Shown: piece after piece, positions 10,231 to 22,789 of the stretch | Position numbering within the stretch: position 1 is the first letter of the stretch | Layout: each line of letters begins with the position of its first letter | Origin: Podarcis cretensis | Taxonomy: Eukaryota | Length of the DNA stretch: 64,000 nucleotides | Assembly: GCA_951804945.1 (NCBI GenBank) | Contig: OX638152.1 | Span: forward strand, 43,276,001-43,340,000 | Direction of reading: 5' to 3' | Position numbers and translations under genes: made by a program | The notes under the pieces: model-generated | Told to the model about the DNA's origin: nothing | Databases searched by the model: none | What the model saw: only the letters and a program-made list of their open reading frames with translations

Positions 10231-13200
10231 GACTAGATGGGCCAGTGGCCTGACGCAATAGCCTCTTCTGAAGTTTTTATTCTTATCTGCATTTAAGTCC
10301 AGAAACTCTAAAATTCAGAATGCAGGCAGAATGGAATTCCCCTCTATCCCTAGCTGCTTGCATCACAATCCTAGGCATTTTTACTCAGAAGTCAATCCCA
10401 CTGAGCTCCATGGCACCCTACTCCCAAGTAAGTATTTATGAGATTACAACTTTAGTAGACAAGGAGAGCGAGAGAGTTCTCTTTTCCATGTTATAGAATT
10501 TGGATGTGAAACTATCTTCAAGTGAGAACAGTTAATGGAGGAGCAATTTTGTAATCCTGTGTTAACTCTTGTCTATTGGCACTGATTGATCACATGCAAC
10601 AAAATATGAATAATGAATAGGAAGTAGTCTATGAGCAGTACATGAACTGCCTTCACACTGAAAAATGTCCATACCTCCTATCTTGCAATGAGCGACTAGA
10701 GAGACAATCTCTGTGATTGGCCAGCAGAATGATTCATGACAGCAAAAGGAGAATTTGTTTGCCCAGAGTATTCCGAATGAATAATTCATCTAGCTTGACA
10801 TTTCTCAATCCCTCCCCTTTTGTGTTTTTATTGCACCTAGATAAAAGTCTCACTTTGGTTTAAAAAAAGGTAAAAGATATTAAGTTTTGTATTTTTCTCT
10901 ATAAACCTTAATAAAATGTATTATTAAAAATACATTGCTATATAGGTATTCTCTGACTTGTCTTCATCACTAGTCCAATTTCAGTTGCTTCTGCTCCTGT
11001 GACAGAAAAGCTCTAAGTTTAAAAACTTTGGTGGAAAAGTTACATACTGGAATGAGCTTCCTTATAACAAGATNNNNNNNNNNNNNNNNNNNNNNNNNNN
11101 NNNNNNNNNNNNNNNNNNNNNNNNNNNNNNNNNNNNNNNNNNNNNNNNNNNNNNNNNNNNNNNNNNNNNNNNNNNNNNNNNNNNNNNNNNNNNNNNNNNN
11201 NNNNNNNNNNNNNNNNNNNNNNNNNNNNNNNNNNNNNNNNNNNNNNNNNNNNNNNNNNNNNNNNNNNNNNCACCACTGGCTTAGGCAGCTTGTGGCCCAT
11301 GAGATGAGGGAACACAGCCCTCAACAAATAAAAGATTTAGACAACAGCAATCTCCCTTCTTGTAGCAAAACAAAAGAATGTTTCCTACTTTCAAAAAGCC
11401 ACAATCCCAGTACCATTTCCATGCTTGCTTCCACTGGTCCTTCATCCAAATATTATGATTTCCTTAATCATATATCATTTTTCATCAATACTTAGCTCCA
11501 TTTTCTATGATCCATGGGATTTACGTCTAAGGAACTTAATGGTACAATTGTAGAAATGGATTTGCTGCTTTTAGTTTACTGAATATGTAATCTTTTGTAT
11601 TTAGCAAGGCTGGGAAGCTACAAGTGCAGGCGCTGCAGCAGGAGCCCATCTGCTGCCCAACTCTCAAAGCCAGGAAGGTAATGATGGTGTCTTTGTGCTA
11701 AACCTGCACCATTCTACAGGCAGCAAATTGGTGTGGGTAAAAGAGAAAAGGAGATATGTGATTTTGAACACCAGGGATTCTAGAGAATAAGCACAGAGAT
11801 TTACCTTTCTGCCTCATTCTCTCAAGCATACTGCTTATCGTGCTGTTGATTTTTCAATGATTCCTTTGATACAGAGGCTGGGCACCTTTCCCTTGGGCCA
11901 CCGACAATGTCTGAATATCATGATGAAGAAGGGACCATCCTGTGCTACTCCATCACTGGGAGATGCGATAGTCTGCATCAGCACAACAATGATATCATGT
12001 TGTGGTACAGGGTAGGGGATTGGAGCCCGCGCTGCCAATTGACAATATTACAGAAAGAGGGGATGGGGAGAGTAAGGAGGAGAGGTGGAAGAGAGAGAAG
12101 ACTTGGGCTCTCATGGCTTTCCTTTCTCCAGGGATTTTGGGGGTCCACCTCCTGGAATCTCTTCTTGGACCACATTAAAGCTGTCCTCTCAGCATCTTTT
12201 GAAGAATATTATGTAGACCAGGCAGGAGCAAACACTTTCCAAAAAAGTAGAACTTTAACAATTAGAAAAGCTGTCCCCATCAGCAGCAAGGATATCAAAC
12301 CATCTCATTAATATTCAGAACAACCTTGTAAGGTCGGCTAGTTTTATCATCCTCATATTGTAGGTGGAAGGCCAGTAGGGGCTTGCTGAAGACAAGCTGG
12401 TGTCTTTGAGGTAGACCTGAACCAGAGACATATCTGAGAATCATTTATAGGCTGCTCTTGCACATCAGATGAGTTGACACATTATACCTGGGAGTGGAAG
12501 ATATGAACTTTACCACACTGAAAAAAGTATGGCATCCGAGTTAGGGCATTTTGTGATATAAGCAAACGTTTGTGATAATAGATTGCAGCTGACTCTTTCA
12601 CACATGCCAGTCATCACTTGATGTTGCAGTCATAATGGGATGAGCTTGCATGTTGAACCAGACCTTAGGCTGAGAGGGTTGCTCAGTTAACAGAAATTTT
12701 TTCTGGAGGTTCAGCTGTGTATATGCCCCTCTGCATCCACAGCTGAGAGTGGAAGGGAGCTGAGTCATGTGCAAATCCCAAAAATAAGCATATATTTCAG
12801 CAGAAACTGAATCATCCATAAGGCCCACTGCATCCCCATACATAGGAAGCTACATTCTGTCAAGTCAGACCAGCTGTTAACCAGATGTTTGATGGTTTGT
12901 GGGACAGCTGTGGGCAGGAGTCCTGCAATGGACTAGATGACCCATGGGATCCCTCCCAACTCTACAATTCTGTGATCTTATTTTATTGTGCAACGCTGTA
13001 GTGAAGCAGCAAATAAATAAATACCTAGTACCAGTTCAAACCACTGGACCTTCTGCTGTAGAATTGCCTACAACACTGATTGGCAATGGCTCTCCATCCT
13101 TCACTTGGAGCTGTGAAGGATTGAACCTGGTACCTTTTGCATGCAAAGCAGATGCTCTGCCATGGAGAAATGATACTTTCGCTATGTTTTATGAACTTGG

Positions 13201-13246
13201 GTAGCAAAGAATCCCCACCTGAACCATCCACATTACATCACCAAGC

Positions 13247-13263
13247 AGAAGAAGAAGAAGAAG

Positions 13264-13293
<30 letters not shown>
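13247..13293. repeat. (GAA)n microsatellite
   Basis: Pure GAA run; it produces the poly-Glu and poly-Leu stretches in the ORF track. Confidence 0.95.
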
Positions 13294-13294
<1 letters not shown>

Positions 13295-14387
13295 GCCACT
13301 TTCATTTCAACATTCCACCAGGACCATTTGTAAGGGTCACACCCTCCAGGAGCTCTTGCCAGATGTTGCTTCCTGTTGAGGAACAGATGACTGGCATGGA
13401 GAGCCTGTAGAGAGGCTGGTGGGAGTCTAACAGCATCTAGGCGGCCACAGATTCCCCACCAATAATCTAGTCGGATGAAGAGCTGTGGAGAATTGACATA
13501 CACACACACACACACTTTTTGTGACATTTTGGTATTGCCCTACTATGGATTTTGGATTTTTTTCCCTTACAGGCCAGCATGGCTGCCTCAACTTGATGTG
13601 TTACTTAAATGGGTTTCATATGGATGGGTAATTCACACAACCACCAAAACCATTAGACATTGCTTTGGTAAGTTCCTAAGGAAAACTATCCTTACATCCT
13701 GGCAAATGGGTATTCAATGCTGTAAAAAGTGGTCCCGTAGGGCCCTGAAGGATATTCTTCTAGTGAAAATCTCCACTTTGCTGGCCAGTGCCGTTTGCAC
13801 TTCCAGCATGTATATGAAGAGCTAAGACATTACAACATGGATTCTTGGAAATGCTTGAAATTACACAATGGCTCTTTGCCAATGACAATGAATAAGGAAG
13901 TTATGGTGCTCTCTTTAACATGAAGTACCTGTGATGCTATTAATATCCTTAAGTACTTGTCAGTAAAATCATAGTGATGAAAATTGTACTTTCTTTCTTA
14001 TTAAGAGTTTCTATTTTCTTTCCTGGCAGGACTGTTAAATATGATAGGAAAGCTTCATCGGTTGAATTTCTTCCTATCATCGCATCTCCATGTTGGGGAA
14101 AATTGAGCCTGTAGTGCAGCTGCTGAAGATTGAAGCACCCTGCTAGAATAAAGGTGGCAAAGCTGGTAAGAAAATACGCAAATAAAATTGATGTACAATG
14201 TGTAGTTTATAGACCTGATTTTTTTCAAATTCAAAAAATCAGCAATTTTGTCATCAGCAATACAGTACCTACAGCAAACTATGTATTTGTCTGAAGTATT
14301 ATGGGAATTAAGGCTGAAATACTATACCTCCTTGTTTGTGAGTGATATCCATTGAACTCAATGGGACTTACTTCTGAGCATTAGGTT

Positions 14388-14388
<1 letters not shown>

Positions 14389-14438
<50 letters not shown>

Positions 14439-14479
14439 GGGTGTGGGTGGGTGGGTATGTATGTATGTATGTATGTATG
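14389..14479. repeat. Compound (CT)n / (GGGT)n / (ATGT)n microsatellite
   Basis: Seen directly. Confidence 0.9.
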
Positions 14480-16833
14480 AACCACTAGAACTTGGAATAT
14501 TTTTCTGAGCTGGCAGCATCCTACTAGGCAACATCCTACTAGTTGTGTGCATTTCAGTGAGACTGGGGCAAAGTAACTTACTGGTAGATTGTATCTTCCA
14601 GCTCTGGTCATGTGAAGAAGAGTCCATTCTTGGCTAAGACCCACTTACATGGAAGAATGTTGTATGGGACATAAGATCCCACATCCATCTAGAGGGTTGT
14701 GCTTGGATTCTTTTTTCCTTTGACCTTACTAGTAATTTGTCTTCAGGAGTATACAAATTCTCAAGCCCTGTAGCTTGCCTGGTGCTACTTTTGCCCCTGT
14801 ATATGAAAATATTTGCACAAAGGCCAAAAAGTATCAAGATGAATTTTATAGTTGCTGACCCAGTGCTAAATACTGATTATTACATTAACCAAAACACACA
14901 CACACACACACAGTTTGTTTGGAATTCTGTCTGGCATTTGCTGTCCTGGGCATAATTTGAATTCCAGAGCTCCTTGACTTTCAATTTTTGGTATAATTGG
15001 TTTTCTAAAACTTTGAAGTGCAGATGAGAGTTGATAGTCCATGTTATTAGCTTTACATGCCATCTGTCACATGGCACTGCCATTTTGCTTGGGGTAGGCA
15101 AATATTAAACAATACCCTAAGAGAAATTATGATGTGGGAGAATGCATTAACATTAATGTAAAGAAGGGGGGGGGGGGGAGAAGTGTTTGACTGCAGTAAG
15201 GCAATAATAGGACAATTCATAATTCATAACCCACTGGCAGTATTTTATAATGAATGTCAATATCCATAGGGTTATCTGGATCTGCCCGAGTGCTTTCATT
15301 AAAAGATGTGGTATGATAGACAGAAGTGTTTTTTATGTGTAAGGTCAGTCTATGCTACTGTTATCCATTTATTGTAGCTGCTTATTGTAGCTGTGATCTG
15401 CAAGCCAACTGAATGGATGTACATACTGTAGCCTAGACTGTTGCTTGAAAAAAACATTTCATTTTGAGAACCTGGTTATCTGGATTGTGTCAAACACATA
15501 TACCCATACCTTCAAATGGAAATGAGCATCGGTTTACATCTTCCACTGACATCCAAGAGTTGTAAGTGTGTTTCCTTTTGACTGGATCATGTCCCTCATT
15601 GTTAATTCTATGTTGGCAATCCCTTTCTGGATTTTGAATACTATAATTTTATGATCAGCAGGCATTTACATTCAGGAGCAGAACTTGAAATGCTGGGAGA
15701 CTATTTCTCTCCAATTGCATTCTTACAACAAACAGTATTTGGAATAGCTCTACAGTCCAAGAAGAGGAGATTATCTCCAAAAGCAAAAGCAACTGTAATT
15801 AATTGATAGGAAGAAACTCAAAATGGAGTTAGAGCTAAAGGCTGATGCATGTAAATGGATTAGCTTTTAAACCTCAGATCCATAATAGCAAAGGAGAGAG
15901 AAGCACACCAACTAATATTTGTGTGATGTTGAGCCATGTGCATTTTTTTAAAAAAAGCACAAGTGTGACTTATGCATCATTTATACACATGATGCCAACT
16001 TGCCTACTCCTCGGCATAATTCCACTCCTGTTGTTTTTTGCAAATCTTTTCAGAGAGGGCCAATTTAAACACAATGCCTTTTATGCGTGGCCCTGCCAAA
16101 AAGCTCTCCCTGATTGTGGCATTGCAGCCTGCCAGCATGGCAAAAGAATCAGTTCATATGCAGCACTGGCACCAGTAGGGTATGTCCAAAACATTGACCA
16201 TGTTGGTAGCTAGGCAATGCTAGCTGGTAATAATGGGATGGCTGTCTACAGTAGAAAGTTCAAAGAAAGCTGTGCAAGATGCTTCACATAGGCATGAGCA
16301 TCTGACAGTAGCTTCTTCATGGTTTTTCACTTTCATTGCCAATTAATTTTACAGCTATTTCCAGGCAAGGAGGGCACACCAGGCAGCCTTTAAAACTTTA
16401 AAACCTTATCTTTTGACAGCGCCTTCTGTTCTTCGTCTGTCTTTCTCCTTGCTTTTGTACTGTTTTTATTATATTTCTATGCCACATTCTATTCAAATGA
16501 ATCAGAAATGCAGCACTATATATATATAACAATTAACAAATTGTCATTAGAATAATTACAATCCATAAAACACCAGTCACTGGCCAGCACAAAGTCTTTC
16601 TCCCCCCTTAGCCTTTCCTTATGTTTCCTTTCTGGGCATCTTTGAATTTCTAGTTTTGTGGCAAGACCTCAGAGATTCTGGAAGGCAAACTTCTAAATCC
16701 AAGAGAAATAACTGCAGCTCTTAGGATATAACAACATGCGGGGGTCCAACATATTCACAAGAAACTTCACTTCTTCTAAGTCATCCTGGAGTTGAAGAGT
16801 TTGAAGGAACTCAAGACACAGAGGCATAATGAC

Positions 16834-17655
16834 TGTGGCAGGTGATGAGAGGCCACCAGAATGAAACAGGAGACTGGTATTGGGTTCAATTAGGCCACAA
16901 CTTTATTGACTACAGGAAAGTGTAGGTTTGGCTAAGGTATTGAGCATGTATCCTGCATCAGGCAGCCCACCTGCTACCTGATAGGAACCTGGTTGGGTTG
17001 AACTTGTGCTGGGGAGTTGCCCCCATCATAGACTGGGTGACACGACCCCGCACAGGTCACGACTGGGAGAGGTATATTGGCCCATCTGTCCCCCAGTGGA
17101 CTCCCAGAGAGAGTTACCGCTCCTGGACTCCTCTAATAGGGTACCCCAGTGACTAAGAATCCATCCAATGCTTTATCTGCCAAAGCTGTGACGGTTGCTA
17201 TGAGGTAGGCGAAAACCTGCAGGCTGGCCAATTTGCTTGCAGGAGAAAATGCCTCCCTAGCCCCAAATATGGTGACTAAATAAATCATAGCAAGGTCCAT
17301 AGGCTCCACACACTTCATGTCCACTCCACACACACCCCAGACAGCCCCTAAAGACTGGGTGGGTGGGTGGAAAATCTCACAACCATCAGCCAAGAGGGCG
17401 GCCTGCTCCTGGCCACCCCCTTAATAGGCTAGGGGCAGGTTGGTTGCAGCCCCCAAGCCCCTGCCTCTGATTGGGTAGGCGGGCACTGCCCGCCCATACC
17501 TGAGAGCATGACGTGACTGGAGGTGGGCAGCAACAGGTGACCATCGCCTCATCCAGCCACGCTGAAAGATGGCGGCCACCCTGGACCCATCATGGCCATG
17601 TCATGCGGCAACAGCCCCCCACCCAGTCCCAACTGAGCGGATATTCTGCAGGACA
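16834..17655 (-). mobile_element. Solo LTR
   Basis: TG...CA termini, 4-bp TSD TGAC (16830-16833, 17656-17659), minus-strand AATAAA at 16902-16907 within AATAAAGTTGTGGCC, TATTAA box near 17421-17426. Confidence 0.75.
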
Positions 17656-17921
17656 TGACCCCACACCCAGCAGTACATACAAGTATTTATAAGTAGTGAA
17701 CATGGAAAGGAGACTAGCAGAAAGTGACACGTGATCCACACACCCCTAAACACCCAAACAATTTGTCTATGACTCCAAGTAGAGCAGTTTGGAGCCTGAC
17801 TCTGCTGTCCCAACTTATTGGATTAGCCCCTAATTGGGTCAGCCTGAATTTACCGTTGAGATTGGTGTTGTTTGAAGGTGTCACGTGGACTATGCAAATT
17901 ACAAGGGACTGCAAACACACA

Positions 17922-17922
<1 letters not shown>

Positions 17923-17959
<37 letters not shown>

Positions 17960-18670
17960 TTATTTATTTATACCCCGCCCATCTGGCTGGGTTTCCCCAG
18001 CCACTCAGGGCGGCATCCAACAGAACACTAAAATACAATAACCTATTAAACATTAAAAGCTTCCCTAAACAGGGCTGCCTTCAGATGTCTTTTAAAAGTC
18101 TGGTAGTTGTTTTTCTCTTTGACATCTGGTGGGAGGGTGTTCCACAGGGTAGGTGCCACTACCGAGAAGGCCCTCTGCCTGGTTCCCTGTAACTTGGCTT
18201 CTTGTAGTGAGGGAACCTCCAGAAGGCCCTTGGCACTGGACCTCAGTGTCCGGGCAGAACGATGGAGGTGGAGACGCTTCTTCAGGTATACTGGACCGAG
18301 GTCATTTAGGGCTTTAAAGGTCAGCACCAATACTTTGAATTGTGCTCAGAAACGTACTGGGAGCCAATGTAGGTCTTTCAAGACTGGTGTTATATGGTCT
18401 TGGCGGCCACTCCCAGTCACCAGTCTAGCTGCCGCATTCTGGATTAGTTGTAATTTCCGGGTCACCTTCAAAGGTAGCCCCACATAGAGCGCATTGCAGT
18501 AGTCCAAGCAAGAGATAACTAGAGCATGCACCACTCTGATGAGACAGTCTGTGGGCAGGTAGGGTCTCAGCCTGCGTACCAGATGAAGCTGGTAAACAGC
18601 TGCCCTGGACACAGAATTGACCTGTGCCTCCATGGACAGCTGTGAGTCCAGACCAGGCTGCGCACCTGGT
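17923..18670 (-). mobile_element. L2-clade LINE 3' fragment
   Basis: Encodes LDYCNALYVGLPLKVTRKLQLIQNAAARLVTG...LHWLPVRF...AFSVVAPTLWNTLP, with a (TTA)n tail. Near-identical to 22790-24190. Confidence 0.93.
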
Positions 18671-19552
18671 CTCTGATGTGGACAAGCCTTAAGTAACAGC
18701 CTTGTGAAGTAAATTTGGTAAAGTCTCTTCAAAGGAAGAAAGAGGTGATTGCATTTAGAATTAGACAACCACCTCTACCCAGTCAATACAAGCGACATTT
18801 TCTTACTGCTCTAATGCAGTCAATGTATTACTTTAGCAGTATGAAGATTTTTTAGCTCTGCTGGTTCCATATTTCTTTTTGTGCGTTCATGGCCCAGTCT
18901 AGCCCTTATTTATAACAGTACTGCTCACAGTTCTATTAAAAACTCCAGGATTTTCAATCTGTCTTATACTACCCCATCATTATCTCCCAGAATTAGCAGC
19001 ATTCTGGTAACTGGGTTAAATTGGACCATTACCCGTTACTATAGCAGCCAGAATTTCTTCTCTGGGTTGGTTAAGGCTATCGTCACAGGTAGAAGAGATA
19101 ACCTTGGCATGTCATATTTTGTGCTGTAATTAGTAAATAATAAAATATCCCTTGTTGCACAGGGTTTGGTTGTTTAAGAAAGGGCCAGGAGTTATCACTA
19201 GGCAGAACTATCTATAGAGATGAACACTTATTTTGATTTATCAAATATCTCCATAGATAACTTTATTGCTCTCATTCCTGCATTCAAAGGGAGTTATTTT
19301 CCTAATTTACTTGATGAAATTGTGCACAGAAGGTAATTTGGATGTGTGTTTCTTCTCAAACTAATAATTTGCTTTCGAATGGAAATAATTTCCTTCACAG
19401 CTTTGTTCTGAGGAAGGTCAGGTGATTTACCTGCTTCCCAAATAAAGATCATCAACTGAGATGAAATACAAGTCCTGCGTAGGTATCAGGTTAGAGAGCA
19501 AGGATATGAATGATAGTTATTGGCTAGTAGCAAAAATGTCGCTGCTATTTTT

Positions 19553-20043
19553 TTAAAAAAGCAGAGACATCACCTTTCCAACAAAGGTCCGTATAGTTAA
19601 AGCCATGGTTTTCCCAGTAGTGATGTATGGAAGTGAGAGCTGGACCATAAAGAAGGCTGATCGCCAAAGAATTGATGCTTTTAATTATGGTGCTGGAGGA
19701 GACTCTTGAGTCCCATGGACTGCAAGAAGATCAAACCTCTCCATTCTGAAGGAAATCAGCCCTGAGTGCTCACTGGAAGGACAGATCCTGAAGCTGAGGC
19801 TCCAATACTTTGGCCACCTCATGAGCAGAGAAGACTCCCTGGAAAAGACCCTGATGTTGGGAAAGATGGAGGGCACAAGGAGAAGGGGACGACAGAGGAC
19901 GAGATGGTTGGACAGTGTTCTCGAAGCTACCAGCATGAGTTTGACCAAACTGCGGGAAGCAGTGGAAGACAGAAGTGCCTGGTGTGCTCGAGTCCATGGG
20001 GTCACGAAGAGTCGGACACGACTAAACGACAAAACAACAACAA
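19553..20043 (+). mobile_element. BovB/RTE LINE 3' fragment
   Basis: Encodes LKLRLQYFGHLMSREDSLEKTLMLGKMEGTRRRGRQRTRWLDSV, the BovB ORF C-terminus; 3' end GGGGTCACGAAGAGTCGGACACGACT followed by a (CAA)n tail. Confidence 0.93.
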
Positions 20044-22251
20044 TATTTACTTGCTATATTTCAGTGGTACTTACTCCAAAGTAAGTGTGCACAGGACTGT
20101 AGAATCTGGTGATTTCAATCATAACTGTTAAAATAAAATCATAATGTTAAGGTAACCTGGTTGTGGATTTTTTCATATGCCATTATTGCCTCTCTAATTT
20201 ACTCCAGAGCTTATGGAGCAGATTTTGGCTAGACCATGTGGAAGTCGGTTTCTGTAAACTCTTCAACTTGGCTTAGTTTACATAGCTACTCCCCTCTTTT
20301 TTATAACCAGAGGAAGCCACTTACGACTTCCTTAAACATACAGTGTTCAGTAGTAGTAATAATAGCTTGTCGGCATGGAGACATCTCAAATGGAGGGGGA
20401 AATGCCGCTTCTCTAATTCAAGAAGTTAAATCCATCCTTATTTGAATTGCCAGAAATATAGGGAGCCTTGTTTGCTAACTGTTTAGCAAGTAAGCCCTGA
20501 TTTAGATGTCTTTATTATTGGAATGTTCTTCAGATGCTAGCAACAAGTAATCATCATCTGTCATTAAATCAGGGCTTATTTTCAGCTGGAACGCAGTTCT
20601 GTCTCCTCTCAGGTTGGCGCTGTTGCCATTATAAGAGAAAAAGGGAAGCGTTTATGGTGAGTTCCGCCACCTCCTCTGTTATTTTAGCACTGTATAAAAT
20701 AACAGGTTTACAATATATACAACATGCCTCTGTTAATTGTAAGAACAAGTTGGGAAGTTGCTGGAGGCTTCAGTTTGCTTAGCATTTCTTCCATGCAAGT
20801 TTCACTGGAATTGATAAGGGGAAGCAGAAGATGAGGGGAAGCAGAGAAAAAGAAATGGTTGAGTTATTGCCTCCATGTTTTAGAGATCGCTTGCATTCCT
20901 TTGGTAGCCTACAAAGCCAGCGATTACACTGGCAGAAAGTTTGAAGCTTAACTAAATGCTAATTTGTGTTCATTTCTTGTGATATTTTAGGAAAGATATT
21001 TCCTTGGACTTAACTACTTATAGGAAGGGGCTCCCCACCACAGGCAAAATAATCTCTGTTTCCCTTGAAGGCACACAAGCATTCACTGCCAGAATTTTAG
21101 AGTCATCCACAGTCTGTTGTCATACTGAAATAATCCATGGATGAAATGTTGAAGCAGACTCATTTAAGGGCATGACTGTCCAGCGGTAATTTCATACTAG
21201 GGATGGAGAAATTTACTTCTAGTGATGTCCCAGTGTCACCCTGAAGTGGACTCATCCTTATCATTTAATTCGCATGCCGCCTTTCCAGAGTTGCAAGCTC
21301 AAGGTGTCTTACAACATGAAAGGATTTACATAATTATAAACATAACAAAAGTAGCAGTAAACAATAAATAAAACACATCAAAAAGTATATAATTGAACAA
21401 TTTTAACAAGAATTGTAAGATCTAAAAATACAAATACAAAAAATAATATAAATAACAGCAGCAAAAACAATACCCTACCTTAACCCAATTGTTCCCCTCC
21501 TCTGTATGGCCCCAGGAAGGAAGAAAGGCCTCATTGTCAGAGCAGCAGACTAAAACATTTCCATGTACTCACGGTAGGTCAATATTATTGTCCTTGCAGG
21601 GTTAGCTTGCCTAGGAGCGTTAGAAAAGTCAACTTGACTCCTCTCTTTCAAGTTCCAGACCTTGGACCAGGGATAGGAGATGCTTCAACCATGCAAGAGG
21701 GTTGCATCCATAAACCTCTGGATAGAGGAAGCTTGCTTGCTCCTGTTTTTGGCATCTTAACATCGGTCTGTTCAGAGACTTATAAAAATACTTCCAGGAT
21801 CAGACAAATATCCCCCCCTTTTTTTCAGTACCATGGGCCAAGTCAGCATTTTATACTGCACTAACCCTGGCCTTGCATGTGAGCCAGAGTGAAGAGACAG
21901 ATCCTTCATAAATATGCATAGCCTTCTTCTCTAAGCCAGTGGCCCTCGCAGTCTCCAGTAATGAATTCCATAAGTGTGTTTTGCCTGATGGAATATTTCC
22001 TTTTGTTTACCTTGTCAGTCTTTTGAACACCCCCAAGCTTTAGTGATCTTGGAAGGGACAATTTCTGTCTCTTCCAACAATCTGTACCATTCGTAATTTA
22101 TTAATCTTCTAACATGTCTCCTATCTCTTTAAGGCAGACTGAAAATCCACCACTGCACTTGAAGTTAGAACAGTTTTTCCTTAACTTATTTTCTGTGAAC
22201 CACCCTGAGATCTCTGAGTGTATTGCAGTATTCAATAAATTTAATTATTCA

Positions 22252-22288
<37 letters not shown>

Positions 22289-22371
22289 GATTCAGTTGCC
22301 TTCCTGCAAGGAGCCAGGGGCTATTTTAATTGTTCTCTGGATTCCCTAAAAAGAGACCATTTATTATTAAG

Positions 22372-22707
22372 TGTTATGGGTCAGGAGTCAGCTTCACCAG
22401 CTGAACAGCAGCCTGAAGGGGGAGAAGGGGGAGTGACCCCCCCCCTGCAGCTGATCAGCCTTCAAGGAGACAGAGGAGAAGGCACTGATGAGAACCAGCT
22501 GGCTTCAGCCTTCGTAGGCAGAGCTTCCAGCAGCAGTCAGATACTGGTAACAACACTTGTATTTCCTGACCCTTCCTTGCTGCTTCCTGCTTGTCTTGAC
22601 CCTTGACCCCATGATATTAGGATTCCCAGATCCCTTGACCGTCCGACAACATGGATTGCTGTTCGCCTCACCCTAGGACTTGGCCTGACTTCGGATGCTG
22701 ACTCTGC

Positions 22708-22710
<3 letters not shown>
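22372..22710 (+). mobile_element. Truncated LTR-like element with an acidic ORF opening at its TG edge
   Basis: Starts TGTTATGGG; the frame from position 2 gives VMGQESASPAEQQPEGGEGGVTPP...; pyrimidine-rich 3' part. The 3' end and TSD are not found (runs into a (CAT)n repeat and the L2). Confidence 0.5.
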
Positions 22711-22711
<1 letters not shown>

Positions 22712-22755
<44 letters not shown>

Positions 22756-22762
22756 TATCATC
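22712..22762. repeat. (CAT)n microsatellite
   Basis: Seen directly. Confidence 0.95.
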
Positions 22763-22789
22763 AACCTCATCATTTTATTTGCATGATGG

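Noticed and set aside
11028-11495. ORFs spanning X runs (also 48438-49089)
   Set aside because: Artefacts of translating through N gaps.
13137-13527. Poly-Glu and poly-Leu ORFs
   Set aside because: Produced by the (GAA)n microsatellite; the poly-Ile, poly-Met, poly-Asn and HT/ER-repeat ORFs elsewhere have the same cause.
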